Source: Gemmatimonadales bacterium
GTDB taxonomy: Bacteria; Gemmatimonadota; Gemmatimonadetes; Gemmatimonadales; GWC2-71-9
Length of the DNA: 64,000 bases
Assembly: GCA_041615815.1 (NCBI GenBank)
Contig: JBFJCP010000015.1
Location: forward strand, 41,605 to 105,604
Direction: 5' to 3'
Positions 20,032 through 30,290 of this stretch are shown piece after piece. The notes under the pieces were generated by a model. That model had not been told where the DNA came from. It saw nothing but the letters and a program-made list of their open reading frames with translations, and searched no databases. Within the stretch, counting starts at the first letter, position 1, and each line of letters opens with the position of its first letter. Position numbers and translations under genes: made by a program.

Positions 20032-20577
20032 ATGACGGCGGTACGGGATCTCATGTCGACGGATCTGACGGCCGTGAGTTCCGAGCTCACGCTGCGGGAC
20101 CTCGTCACTCTCTTGGATGACCGTCACATCAGCGGCGCCCCGGTGGTGGCAGGTGGAAAGGTGTTGGGGGTGATCACGGCGAGTGATGTGTTGGGATTTG
20201 AAGCAATGACGCCGGCCGTTCCGCGTGGCCGCGGCGACGAGCCGGACTGGGAACTGGAGCGAGCCCCGGAATGGGAAGAGGGGAGCGAAGCACCGGGAGC
20301 CTTTTTCAGCGACTGGTGGGCGGAGACCGGTGCCGATCTCGTGGCACGGTTTGAGAACGTCGCCACGCCCGAGTGGGATATGCTCGCCGAGCATACGGTC
20401 GGTGAAGCCATGACCCGATCGGTCTGCTCCATCCAACCCGGCACCACCATCAACGAAGCAGCGGCATACATGATCCGAGCCGGCATCCACCGGTTGCTGG
20501 TCCTGGAGGACGGGAAACTCGTGGGATTGATCACGACCACGGATATCGTCCGCGCACTCGCCGAGGGACGGTTCTAG
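20032..20577 (+). CDS. CBS domain pair protein
   Basis: VRDLMS..ISGAPVV..GVITASD and VGEAMT..IHRLLV..GLITTTD, separated by an acidic Trp-rich linker. Confidence 0.92.
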   Translation: MTAVRDLMSTDLTAVSSELTLRDLVTLLDDRHISGAPVVAGGKVLGVITASDVLGFEAMTPAVPRGRGDEPDWELERAPEWEEGSEAPGAFFSDWWAETGADLVARFENVATPEWDMLAEHTVGEAMTRSVCSIQPGTTINEAAAYMIRAGIHRLLVLEDGKLVGLITTTDIVRALAEGRF

Positions 20578-20801
20578 TGGCCCGTGCAAGACAGCGCTGG
20601 ATGTTCGGGGCCGTGGGGATGGGTGCCCTGTGGCTCCTACCCCTCCTCGTGTGGTGGGTGGTGCGGTGGAGTATGGACTATCAGGTAACGGCCGGGGCAT
20701 TCGTCGTCGCGATCGGCTTATCGCTCATCCCGCCGGTCGTGCTGACGTGGGCATGGCTCTACCGTCTGACGAGCCGTGGTTCGGCGGGCCCCGAAGACTG
20801 A
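20577..20801 (+). CDS. Small two-TM membrane protein
   Basis: Two hydrophobic segments; GTG start overlaps the CBS gene stop. Confidence 0.6.
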   Translation: MARARQRWMFGAVGMGALWLLPLLVWWVVRWSMDYQVTAGAFVVAIGLSLIPPVVLTWAWLYRLTSRGSAGPED

Positions 20802-20802
20802 G

Positions 20803-22452
20803 TTAGCGCGGCGGCGCGGGTGCATCACCCGCGCTGCCTTCGGATCTCGATCGCGTCTCGAGTGTCTCGATCACTCCCGCACCGACGCTGTCACCCCAGA
20901 CGTTCACGGTGGTGCGAAACCGGTCGAGGAGCCAGTCCACGGCCAGGATGAGTGCGATGCCCTCAATGGGGAGCCCCACGGCGCGTAGCACGATCACCAT
21001 AGTCACCAATCCAGCTTCGGGAATGCCCGCAGCACCGATCGCGGCCAGCGTCGCCGTCACGAAGATCAACGCCTGCATGCCGGGACTGAGTGAGATTCCG
21101 TAGACCTGGGCGATGAACATCGCCGCCACCGCCTCATAGAGTGCGGTCCCATCCATGTTGATCGTGGCACCCAGCGGCAGCACGAACCCCGCGGTCCGGT
21201 TCGACACCCCGTTCCGTTGCTCCACACCTTGAATCGTGAGCGGGAGCGTGGCCGAGCTGGACGACGTGGACAGGGCGTTGAGCAAGGCGGCCCCCATGCC
21301 TTTGACATACGTCCACGGATCTCGTTTGCCCACTAGCTTGAGAATCAACGGTAGTACGACCAGTCCGTGGACGGCCAGCCCCAACACCACGGCGCCGAAG
21401 TACTTGCCCAAGGCAAACAGCTCTGGCAAGAAGCCGACGAAACCGCCGGCCCGACCAATCCGCGGCGCCACCAGACCGAAGATCCCGACTGGCGCGATGA
21501 CCATCACCCAGGCCACGAGACGCATCACGGCATCGTTGAGGCTGGTGAGCACTTCGATCGTCGTGCGCACGCGCGGGCCGAGCAGCGACAATGCGATGCC
21601 GATCAGGATCGAAAAAATGATCAGCGGCAGGATCTCCATCTGTGCCATGGCGGCGAACACGTTTCGCGGGATCAGACCCTGCGTGCCACGTTCCTCGTTG
21701 CCCAAGAGCACCTCGTGTAGTGCACCGCCGATGCTCTGGGCTTCCACATCGCGCAGCTCGGGCGTCACCGGGAGTGTGATACCGATCCCGGTCCCCGTGT
21801 CCGCCACGGTCGGCTCGGTCGACACCAACTCGCCTTCCACCCGCCGAAACGGCAACCGGGTGCCGTCGTCGGCCGTGATGTAGAAGAGGTCTCCAGTCTC
21901 GACCTTCTCCCAGAGCCGGACCGTGACGGTGCTGTCCGCGATCGACTCGATCCTACCTTGCACGTCCTGGTCGAGGAGCACCACGACGTACTTGTCGGAG
22001 TAGCCCGTACGATCCCATGAGGCGCCCCCGAGCGTGACCGTGTGATTTGCCGGTCCGGTCACCGTGTAGGCGCGGTCCGGATGAGACTCTCCCGGGGCGA
22101 CACCCTCCCCTGGCCGAACGATGTTGACCACCGCGAGTCCCGCGGTCACCGCCAACGCCGTGGTCGCCGTGTAATAAAGGATTGTTCGCCAGCCCAAGGA
22201 TCCGACGTTGCGGATGTCGCCGAGCGCCGTGATCCCCGTAATCATCGAGAGCATCACGAGCGGGATCACGAGCATCATGAGGAGGTTGAGAAATACGTCG
22301 CCGAGGATGGCGAACCGGACAGCCAGACGCGGCAGGAACCCTCCCATCACCGTCCCCAGGATGATGGCGACGATGATGCCGAGCACGATGTGATCGCCGG
22401 GCTGCCGCTCGGGGCCGTTCGGTGGCTGCGGGCCCGAGCGATCTGGGTTCAC
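20803..22452 (-). CDS. Dicarboxylate/amino acid:cation symporter (DAACS, GltP-like)
   Basis: STSSSSATLP, GATINMDGT, AAIGAAGIP and DRFRTTVNVWGD canonical motifs. Confidence 0.95.
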   Translation of the reverse strand: MNPDRSGPQPPNGPERQPGDHIVLGIIVAIILGTVMGGFLPRLAVRFAILGDVFLNLLMMLVIPLVMLSMITGITALGDIRNVGSLGWRTILYYTATTALAVTAGLAVVNIVRPGEGVAPGESHPDRAYTVTGPANHTVTLGGASWDRTGYSDKYVVVLLDQDVQGRIESIADSTVTVRLWEKVETGDLFYITADDGTRLPFRRVEGELVSTEPTVADTGTGIGITLPVTPELRDVEAQSIGGALHEVLLGNEERGTQGLIPRNVFAAMAQMEILPLIIFSILIGIALSLLGPRVRTTIEVLTSLNDAVMRLVAWVMVIAPVGIFGLVAPRIGRAGGFVGFLPELFALGKYFGAVVLGLAVHGLVVLPLILKLVGKRDPWTYVKGMGAALLNALSTSSSSATLPLTIQGVEQRNGVSNRTAGFVLPLGATINMDGTALYEAVAAMFIAQVYGISLSPGMQALIFVTATLAAIGAAGIPEAGLVTMVIVLRAVGLPIEGIALILAVDWLLDRFRTTVNVWGDSVGAGVIETLETRSRSEGSAGDAPAPPR

Positions 22453-22601
22453 GGGTGGCCCTCAGTCACAAGTCACAGCCGGATGCAACGAGATCGCCAC
22501 GAACCTCGAGTTGGCTCGTCACGACGGATCAAGAGCAGCAGGAACCGAGAATCGCGCTCTGCGGCCCGCACCCACGCCGCAAAGGCGCGGTGGAAAGACG
22601 C

Positions 22602-23246
22602 TCAGTGTCCACATCGCGGCTCACCTGCCCCCGCCGCCTCGATCAGCTCCACGATCTCCCTGAGCGTCTCCCGGCCCCGGTCACTGTCATACCAGGCGTA
22701 CTTCTGTTCGTGCAGCGTGTCCTCATCCAGTTTGGGCTCATTCTCCAGAAACCACGCCTGGAGCTTCCGTGGACGCTCCACCCAACAGCCGACCTCCTCG
22801 AACGCCTCGTCGAGCAGAAGAACGGTGGGTGTCGCCGCTCGGCCGTCGGGAGTTCTGTGCGACTCCATGATCTCGCGGCCGAGCTCGGAGTCGATGATGC
22901 GCATCTCCAGATTCCCGGCACCATCCACGAGCTTCGCTACATACGGAATCGTGTTTGCCGAGTCACCGCACCAGTCTTCCGCCACCACGAGCAGTCGCCA
23001 CTGGCCCGGTACTGCTGCCATGCGGGTGGTCAGCGCATCGGGAACCTGGGCGTCGGCGTAGTGCTGCTTCCATGCCTTCTTCCGCTTCTTCGCCGCATCC
23101 CGAAATTCGACATACGTCTTTCCTTTGGCGTACACGGATCGGAAGTCGGTCTTCCCGACCGCGTTCACCGAAGCCGGTGGCGCAGCAGCGGAACACACGG
23201 GAACACCGCCGGACAGTGCAGCAACGGTGACGAATATCGTCAACAT
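22602..23246 (-). CDS. Exported thioredoxin-fold protein (WCGDS, single-Cys type)
   Basis: Signal peptide; LLVVAEDWCGDS..IP; ATPTVLLLD; WVERP. Confidence 0.85.
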   Translation of the reverse strand: MLTIFVTVAALSGGVPVCSAAAPPASVNAVGKTDFRSVYAKGKTYVEFRDAAKKRKKAWKQHYADAQVPDALTTRMAAVPGQWRLLVVAEDWCGDSANTIPYVAKLVDGAGNLEMRIIDSELGREIMESHRTPDGRAATPTVLLLDEAFEEVGCWVERPRKLQAWFLENEPKLDEDTLHEQKYAWYDSDRGRETLREIVELIEAAGAGEPRCGH

Positions 23247-23404
23247 GGTCTTCGTCCCCTCATCGAACGACTCGGCCAAAATGTCCTTCGCTCTGTAACA
23301 ATGCGAGATCACACCGGTTCTGGAAAGGCTGGCCCGGTCCACATTCCCCGTTCCGTACCGTCCTGCTACCTTCATCCGGAACACCGACCAGAGGGATCAA
23401 TCCG

Positions 23405-23905
23405 ATGGCATCGCAGTCGTCATTCGACGTTTCGACTGGTGCGGACCTTCAAGAGGTGGACAACGCCGTCAACCAAGCGCGGAAAGAAGTCACGCAGCGT
23501 TACGATTTCAAGGGAACGCGATGCGTGCTCGAGCTGGACAAGAACGCCGCCGCGATCGACCTCGAAGCCGACACCGAGTTCCACATGAAGGCGCTCTGGG
23601 ACGTCCTGCAGTCGCGGCTGGTGCGGCGGAAAGTATCCCTCAAGAACGTGACCGCCGGTGAGATCACGGAGGCCGCCGGAGGGCGGGCCCGCATGAAAGT
23701 GACGCTCCAACAGAGCCTGCCCGCGGACACGGCCCGGGCCATCGTGAAGGACATCAAGGACCTGAAGCTCAAGAAGGTCCAGGCGGCCATCCAGGGCGAC
23801 GAGGTCCGGGTGTCGTCACCCTCCAAAGATTCCCTTCAGGAAGTGATCGTGTTTCTGAGATCCAAGGACTATGGGGTGGAGCTGAAGTTCGGCAATTACC
23901 GATAG
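23405..23905 (+). CDS. yajQ: YajQ family nucleotide/cyclic-di-GMP-binding protein
   Basis: SFDVS..QEVDNAVNQA.KE..RYDFKG; KVQAAIQGDEVRV; FGNYR end. Confidence 0.96.
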   Translation: MASQSSFDVSTGADLQEVDNAVNQARKEVTQRYDFKGTRCVLELDKNAAAIDLEADTEFHMKALWDVLQSRLVRRKVSLKNVTAGEITEAAGGRARMKVTLQQSLPADTARAIVKDIKDLKLKKVQAAIQGDEVRVSSPSKDSLQEVIVFLRSKDYGVELKFGNYR

Positions 23906-23937
23906 TGACGAGCGCGGGCTCACGGGAGACGGGTATG

Positions 23938-25710
23938 CTATCGATACTCCAGCTCTCGCCGCGTATAGATCTCACCACGCCGCACCACGAGTGCTGCACG
24001 CCGCACGTTGGCGATGTCCGTAAGGGGATCGGCATCGAGCACGACGAGATCGGCCACGGCGCCGGGAGTTACCGTCCCGGTGCTGTCCAGACCCATGGCC
24101 ATTGCACCGTTTCGGGTAGCAGCCACGAGCACATCCATGGGCCTGAGTCCCGCGCCCTGCATGGCCTCGAGCTCCATGTAGACTGAGGCACCGTGGAGGG
24201 TGAGCGGGTTTCCCGCGTCGGTCCCCAACACCACCGGGATGCCCGCGCGATGGATCCGCGCCAGGTTGGTACGCGCATTGGCGAAGCGCCGCTCCGTCAC
24301 GCTCGTCCGCCGCCTTACCTCGTCTGGCGATGGACGTCGCTCCATCGCGACCGTGTCCGTCGCCAATGCCTTGCCCCTCATCCCGGGATCCACGCAAGCA
24401 AGCGGTTGCCGATCGCGCGCGAACCGGCGGGCGGCGACCTGGCGGTAGCCATCCGGCACCAAGAGCGTGGGCGTGTAGATTGTGCCTGCTGCGCGAGCCA
24501 GCTGGAGGAATTCGTCGTCCACCGGCTCCCGGCTCACGGAATGCACGAGGAGATGCGCTCCCGCCCGGACAGCATCCTTGGCTTCCCAGAGTCCGGTGGC
24601 GTGCACGATGAGAGGTACGCCGGCCTTTCCCGCTTCGTCGCCCGCCGCGTGCACCAACGCCGAGATCCGCGCGGTATCCGGCGGTTGCGGCGGCATGATG
24701 TACCACACTTTGACCGCCGCCGCACCCCACGCGGCGTGCGCGCGTATCGTGCGGCGCACTGTCTCCTCGTCCGTCATGTAGACGAACTGCTGATGGCCCG
24801 GAAGGTTCAACCAAAAGTCGACCGTCGAAAGCAAAGGACCAGCAGCCCGTACCACCGGCGCGACCGTGCTGGTCCTCGTGGCAACCTCCAATTCCCATGT
24901 CCACGGATAGCCGCCCACATCGAAGACACCAGTGACTCCGGCACACAGGTAGGACCGGAAGAACCGCTCCGGCTGCCGTGCGAGGTCGGCAACGACCTGC
25001 TCGTAGGGATGCTGATCGCGCAGATCGAGCGCGTCGGGTCGGCCATCAACCCATCCGGTCTGCGAGAAGTGCACGTGGGCGTCGATGAGACCGGGAATGA
25101 TCCATTTGCCCTGCGCGTCCACCGTGTGCGCGTCCGCCGGAACCGGACAGTCGCTTCGCCGGCCGGCGCAGGCAATCCGGCCGTCCCGCATCACGACCGC
25201 CGCGTCGGGAACGGCGGCCGCCCCGGTGCCATCGACGAGCGTGGCGCCAACCAGCGCCATGGCCGGCGGCGCGGCCCCCGGCGTCGAGAACGCGGTAGTC
25301 ACCGCCACCTTCCAGCCGTCCGCGGTCCGCACGAACACCCGCTCACTGATACCGCGATCCGTCGACCCGCCCGTGACGACGCGATAGCGATAGGTGCCGT
25401 ACGCCACGTTCTCAGTGAGCGGTATGATTTCCAGATGGGTGGCGACCAGCGTGTCCGGCCAACTCTGACCCGCCCCGGCGGCAAACGAGTCGTAACCGCG
25501 GGTCAGACCAGCGGGTCCAACGCGAGCGAGCTCCGGACTCTGGAGATAACTCGATAGGTATGCCGCCCGGTCGCGGGCGTGAATAGCCCCGATATTGGCG
25601 CGAAACGCTTCGAGTGGCGTTTCCTGGGCGGGCAGCGGGTTGGTGGCGCCGGCGGCAACGAGTGCCAACAACGCCAGCCTCCACGTGCGAGACATCCTGA
25701 GGTTCGTCAT
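23938..25710 (-). CDS. Secreted metal-dependent amidohydrolase with N-terminal NTF2/SnoaL-like domain
   Basis: PGLIDAHVH, VHA, LVHS, GTDAG and ADLVVLDADPL motifs; N-terminal ~120-aa NTF2-like segment ending VFVRTADGWKV. Confidence 0.88.
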   Translation of the reverse strand: MTNLRMSRTWRLALLALVAAGATNPLPAQETPLEAFRANIGAIHARDRAAYLSSYLQSPELARVGPAGLTRGYDSFAAGAGQSWPDTLVATHLEIIPLTENVAYGTYRYRVVTGGSTDRGISERVFVRTADGWKVAVTTAFSTPGAAPPAMALVGATLVDGTGAAAVPDAAVVMRDGRIACAGRRSDCPVPADAHTVDAQGKWIIPGLIDAHVHFSQTGWVDGRPDALDLRDQHPYEQVVADLARQPERFFRSYLCAGVTGVFDVGGYPWTWELEVATRTSTVAPVVRAAGPLLSTVDFWLNLPGHQQFVYMTDEETVRRTIRAHAAWGAAAVKVWYIMPPQPPDTARISALVHAAGDEAGKAGVPLIVHATGLWEAKDAVRAGAHLLVHSVSREPVDDEFLQLARAAGTIYTPTLLVPDGYRQVAARRFARDRQPLACVDPGMRGKALATDTVAMERRPSPDEVRRRTSVTERRFANARTNLARIHRAGIPVVLGTDAGNPLTLHGASVYMELEAMQGAGLRPMDVLVAATRNGAMAMGLDSTGTVTPGAVADLVVLDADPLTDIANVRRAALVVRRGEIYTRRELEYR

Positions 25711-25744
25711 GACGGTCCGGGTGGCGGGACCACGGATGCCGTCC

Positions 25745-26278
25745 TTAGAAAAACGCGAATCCCGGGGGTGCCATGCCGTGGTTTCGGAAGTTGGCAACCA
25801 CCTGTCCGGCCGTCCAAATGGTGTGTTGGTGAATCTCGTCCCACACCTGCCAGCGGGGCATTTCCTGGCCGAAGAACGTGACCATCTGGTGTCGCTCGTC
25901 GTGCGTCTCCCGCTCCAGCAGCCCTGCCATGTAGTCGTACGCCCCATTGATCAGGCTCCGGAGCCCATCACGGCTGTTGAGCGCAACGGCCGTGTCGGGA
26001 AGCTCGGGCCGCGTGCCGCCGCCGATGTAGCGAGCGGTGATATTGGCCGCGCCGCTCGCAGCGTGCTGGATCTGCGAGGCGAAGTCGCGCTGCTGGGGGG
26101 TAGCCCGGTCGCGATACAGTCGTTCGGGCATAGAGTCCGCCATCGCGAGAAGGAGCGACCGCTGGAGCTCGATCATCCGATGTTGACCCTGACGGTGAGC
26201 GTCGTGTCCTTCCTGTGCCGCGAGTGCCGCTGGCAGCGCCAGGAGCACCAGGGAAAGAACCGATTGCCGTACGCGCAT
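25745..26278 (-). CDS. Secreted DinB-like four-helix-bundle protein
   Basis: Signal peptide; ADSMPE..Y..ATPQQRDFASQIQH; HQHTIWTAGQ..FR..GMAPP. Confidence 0.8.
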   Translation of the reverse strand: MRVRQSVLSLVLLALPAALAAQEGHDAHRQGQHRMIELQRSLLLAMADSMPERLYRDRATPQQRDFASQIQHAASGAANITARYIGGGTRPELPDTAVALNSRDGLRSLINGAYDYMAGLLERETHDERHQMVTFFGQEMPRWQVWDEIHQHTIWTAGQVVANFRNHGMAPPGFAFF

Positions 26279-26501
26279 GAGTGTAGCCTCTGAAGAAGGT
26301 CATCGTTCATGGAAGCGGGATGCGGCCACGTTGCGGCAGCCCCTAGAAGGCCACGTACGTGGATCCCATTGGGATACAAACGTACCGCCGCGACGGGGGA
26401 CGGCCAAGCGGGTACCTGGCCGACCACGATTGCCCGCGCATGTCTCTGTGAGCAATTTTGCATCGAGTGAAGCGACGACCATCCTGTGCCAGAGCGACCC
26501 T

Positions 26502-26783
26502 ATGTGCCGAAATATCAGAACTCTCTACAATTTCGATCCACCGGCAACGGAGGACGAGATCCGCGCCGCCTCCATCCAGTTCGTCCGCAAGGTGAGCGGG
26601 TTCACCAAGCCGTCCAAGGCGAACGAAGAGCCGTTCGAGCGAGCTGTGGAGGAGGTCACAGAGGTCGTCCAGCGCCTGATGAACGCCCTGGTGACGACGG
26701 CTGCACCGAGAGATCGCGAAGTGGAAGCGGCAAGAGCCAAGGCTCGGGCGGCCAAGCGGTTCGGATCTCCCGCTACGCGCTAG
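26502..26783 (+). CDS. DUF2277 family protein
   Basis: MCRNIRTLYNFDPPATEDEIRAASIQFVRKVSG signature. Confidence 0.92.
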   Translation: MCRNIRTLYNFDPPATEDEIRAASIQFVRKVSGFTKPSKANEEPFERAVEEVTEVVQRLMNALVTTAAPRDREVEAARAKARAAKRFGSPATR

Positions 26784-26811
26784 GGTCGCCCCCGTAGCGG
26801 CCGGAACCAGC

Positions 26812-27225
26812 TTGCATCCCACACCGGGAGCTGCCCAGACCGTGACGGTCGGTTACGAACGTATTCGCGGGTTGCGCGACATCGGACAGCGTCGTGGTGG
26901 GTCATACGAAGCGAGCAAGAGCAAAACGATCGCCGTGCCCCGCTCGACGCTGCACCGGGCCTGGAGCACGAAACAGACACGAGATCAGTGGCTTCCCGGT
27001 GTCGATTTCACCGTTCGCACGTCGAGCAAGGACAAGTCGATGCGCCTCACATGGCCGGACGATACGTGGGTGCTAGTCTATTTCACGTCCAAGGGGCCCA
27101 GCAAGAGCCAGGTGGCGGTGCACCACACGAGATTTCCTGACAAGAAGGCCGTGACCGAGGCCAAGTCCTATTGGGCCGAGCGAATCGATGTGCTCGAGGA
27201 AGTGCTCACCACGTCCGCTGCCTAG
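26812..27225 (+). pseudogene. 5'-truncated DUF4287/SRPBCC-like protein fragment
   Basis: AQTVTVGYERIRGLR..YEASKSKT matches the mid-section of a family that, from memory, has an additional N-terminal helical region; no ATG or RBS. Confidence 0.55.
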
Positions 27226-27276
27226 CGGTCTGTGGACTTGACGGAAGGGGTCGGGTCGTTGGCGTCCCCGGCCCCT

Positions 27277-30189
27277 TCACAAGCTCTGCGGCTCCCCAAC
27301 GAGGCGCGCCAGTTCCGTCTTGACCGAGTCGACCTGAGGTCGAACCGCCGGATCCGGATGCGTTCGGAGCAGCAGATAGTGGCGGTAGGCACGGATCGCG
27401 CCGGTCGTATCGCCGGCACGGGCGGCCAGACGCCCCTCCTGGCGCAAGAGCGCCGGCACCACCAGGAATCGAAACCCGCCCCAGCTTCGGCCACGTCGCC
27501 TCACAGCGGAGAGGGCACCGCTGATCTCACCCCGTGCTTCCCGCCACCGCGCGACAGCCAGGTTGGCAACCGCCGCGTTGATCTCCCGGCGGGGGCCTTG
27601 CCTCATCAACGCGTCGAGCCGGTCGAGGGCGGGGGAGGCTCCACCAGAAGTGTCAAACCACTCGATCATGGCCTCCAGCAAGACGGGGCAGAGCGCCGAT
27701 CCGGTGTGGCTGGCGAGGTCGTGGGGCGGCCTCCATTCATGGACCAAGCGATTGACGCGGCCGATGGTTCGCCGTGTCTCGCTCGTGTCACCATTCGCCA
27801 CACGCCAAAGTTCATGGTGACACACGACGTCCAGGTTGCCCGTGGTGTCCACGACGCCGGCGAGGCGTCTTGCCGCGTCGGTGGCAGCATCCTCGTAACC
27901 GGGCTCGAGCAGACCGAGGTTGATGACCGTCGCAGCCATGGAAAAGGAATCCGTGGCGCCGGTGGCGACGACCGTGTCCAACAGCGAGGCGGCATCCCGC
28001 GCCCTCCCCTGGGCGGATGCGATGGCGGCTCGCGCCCATGCCATTCCCGACCGCCACGGCTGGGTCAGCATGCCCTGCTGCCATCGTCGTTCGATCACCA
28101 GCTCCGCATCGTCCAGCGGGAAACCGTCATTGATGCTATGACGCAGAAGCTGATTGGCACTCAGATTGGGAATCGCATGGAGACGCTCCCTGAATCGATC
28201 CAGCTCGACCGTATCACCCAGAGCGGCGGCCACCCACCACCGCCGGGCGTCCACGATGTCACTTGAGTCCACCCGGAAGTAGCGACGTGCCCATTCCCGA
28301 ATTTCGACTGGATCGCCTTCCAGCACCGCGGCCTCGAGCCTCCAATTCACCGCTTCCACGAGCGTAGGATTGAGCGCGAGTGCGCTGTCGAGCACCCACG
28401 TCGCGCGTTCCAGCCAGTCGCGCGAGCCGACATACGGGCCCACAACGAGGAGCCACGAGCCCCAGTGAAGCCAGATTTCGGCCCGATCCGGGATAACCGC
28501 GGTAGCGGCGCGTTGAGCTTCGAACAGCTCAGCCCACGTCGATGGGGCAGGATAGTTGGGACCCACCCATGTCAAGGAGCGCAGGTACGTTTGGTCCCGA
28601 TCCGGCAACCGATCCCGCAGGGCCCACGCGTGCTCGACCGCCTGTTGCTCCACGCCGATCCGCTCACCCAGCTCCACCAGCGCCAGGGCGGCGAGGGCGA
28701 AGCCGGAGTCGATTTCCAGGGCTCGATCAAAATGCCGTTGTGCCTCCCACCACTCTTGATCGCGAACGGCCTGTCGTCCCCGCAGATACGCCTTGTTGGC
28801 CGCGAGCGAGTCACTGAGAACAGCGAGACGCTGTTCGTCGGTGGGAGTCTGTCTGGCCAGCAACTCCGAGATCAAACGGTCAATGAGGAGCGAAAGCATC
28901 TGTTCCGTTCCAGAGGTGGACGCCTGGGCTCGAATTCCACCATCGGGAACGCTCAACAGCGTGGCCGTGATGGCCAGACCGGTCGGCATCCCAACCAGTG
29001 ATCCGAGGATCACCTGCTGGGCACCGAGACGCTCGGCCAACTGGAGTGACTCCTCCCTCGAAAGCTCTTGTCCATCCGCGGTGCGCTCCCACGCCACGAT
29101 AGCCGTGGTCGGGTCGATGGCCCGCGGAGCATCGTCTCCGGACAGCTTCGAGTGCAATAGCACCACCAGGCCCTTCCCGAGATAATCGTGCGTTGTGTCC
29201 GGTGTCTCGACGCGAAACGGAAAGACCGCAATCGTCGGCGTGGCGCTGCTGATGTTGGCAGACCCCGCGGTACTGCGGCTTTGCACGGCGAAGACGGTTG
29301 CTCCGAGAAACAGGAGTCCCAAGATCGTCAGCGCGGCCAATCGCCGACGGGCGCGGGCCCGGGTCGGTGTCCCGAGATCGGTGATCAATTGTTCCCGTGC
29401 GAGTGCGTCGGCCAACTCCCGCGCCGTGGAGAACCGGGCGTTGGGATTGGGAGCCAACGCTCTCCGCAGTATCCGTCTCATCCCTCCCGGCAACTGTCCG
29501 TGCTGATGGGTCAAGGAGGAGAGCGCGGCGGGCGGGGTGGCGGGAAGGGATCCCGTCAACATCTCGTGGAGCACGCAACCGAGGCTGTAGATATCGCAGC
29601 GCCCGTCCTCCTGCAGCGTTCCTTGCAGCTGTTCGGGACTCATATACGCAGGGGTCCCAACGACGATGCCGGTCTCCGTCAATCGTGTGCTACCGGCGGC
29701 GGAAATGGCTCTCGCAATCCCGAAGTCGGCCACGAACGCATGACCCTCTTCGAGTAAAATGTTCTCCGGCTTGACGTCTCGATGCACGACGCCGTGTCGA
29801 TGAGCGGAATCCAGTGCATCCGCAACATCGCGCGCGATCTGCAAGGCATCAGCAACGGCGAGCTTCCCTAGACGACTCAGCCGGTGACGCAAGGACTCCC
29901 CTTCGACGTACGGCATGACGTAGTACAGAAAGCCACCGCACTCGCCAGAATCCAGAAGGGGCAAGATGTGGGGATGATTGAGACGGGCCGTGAGTTTGAT
30001 CTCGCTCAGGAACCGGCTGGCACCGACCCCAGAAGCGACCTCGGGACGCAGCACCTTGATGGCTACGGACCGCTCATGCCGAAGGTCTCGCCCCAAATAC
30101 ACCACGGCCATACCACCTCGGCCAATGACCCGCTCAACCGAGTACCGGGGAGCAAGCGCACTCTCGAGCTGACCAACGTCCAGCCTCAC
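27277..30189 (-). CDS. Membrane Hanks-type Ser/Thr protein kinase with extracytoplasmic TolB-like/TPR region
   Basis: GRGGMAVVY, VAIK, HRDVKPEN, DFG, GTPAYMSPEQ and DIYSLG; TM helix after an Arg-rich run; IAVFPF domain; helical repeats. Confidence 0.95.
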   Translation of the reverse strand: MRLDVGQLESALAPRYSVERVIGRGGMAVVYLGRDLRHERSVAIKVLRPEVASGVGASRFLSEIKLTARLNHPHILPLLDSGECGGFLYYVMPYVEGESLRHRLSRLGKLAVADALQIARDVADALDSAHRHGVVHRDVKPENILLEEGHAFVADFGIARAISAAGSTRLTETGIVVGTPAYMSPEQLQGTLQEDGRCDIYSLGCVLHEMLTGSLPATPPAALSSLTHQHGQLPGGMRRILRRALAPNPNARFSTARELADALAREQLITDLGTPTRARARRRLAALTILGLLFLGATVFAVQSRSTAGSANISSATPTIAVFPFRVETPDTTHDYLGKGLVVLLHSKLSGDDAPRAIDPTTAIVAWERTADGQELSREESLQLAERLGAQQVILGSLVGMPTGLAITATLLSVPDGGIRAQASTSGTEQMLSLLIDRLISELLARQTPTDEQRLAVLSDSLAANKAYLRGRQAVRDQEWWEAQRHFDRALEIDSGFALAALALVELGERIGVEQQAVEHAWALRDRLPDRDQTYLRSLTWVGPNYPAPSTWAELFEAQRAATAVIPDRAEIWLHWGSWLLVVGPYVGSRDWLERATWVLDSALALNPTLVEAVNWRLEAAVLEGDPVEIREWARRYFRVDSSDIVDARRWWVAAALGDTVELDRFRERLHAIPNLSANQLLRHSINDGFPLDDAELVIERRWQQGMLTQPWRSGMAWARAAIASAQGRARDAASLLDTVVATGATDSFSMAATVINLGLLEPGYEDAATDAARRLAGVVDTTGNLDVVCHHELWRVANGDTSETRRTIGRVNRLVHEWRPPHDLASHTGSALCPVLLEAMIEWFDTSGGASPALDRLDALMRQGPRREINAAVANLAVARWREARGEISGALSAVRRRGRSWGGFRFLVVPALLRQEGRLAARAGDTTGAIRAYRHYLLLRTHPDPAVRPQVDSVKTELARLVGEPQSL

Positions 30190-30290
30190 TGCGCCGACCT
30201 CCGCAATGCCGCCGCTGCTACATCACGTGAGGGCGGTGAACACACGATGAAGTTACTCTGAACTGTCCAGCCTAGCGGTGGACACACCCG

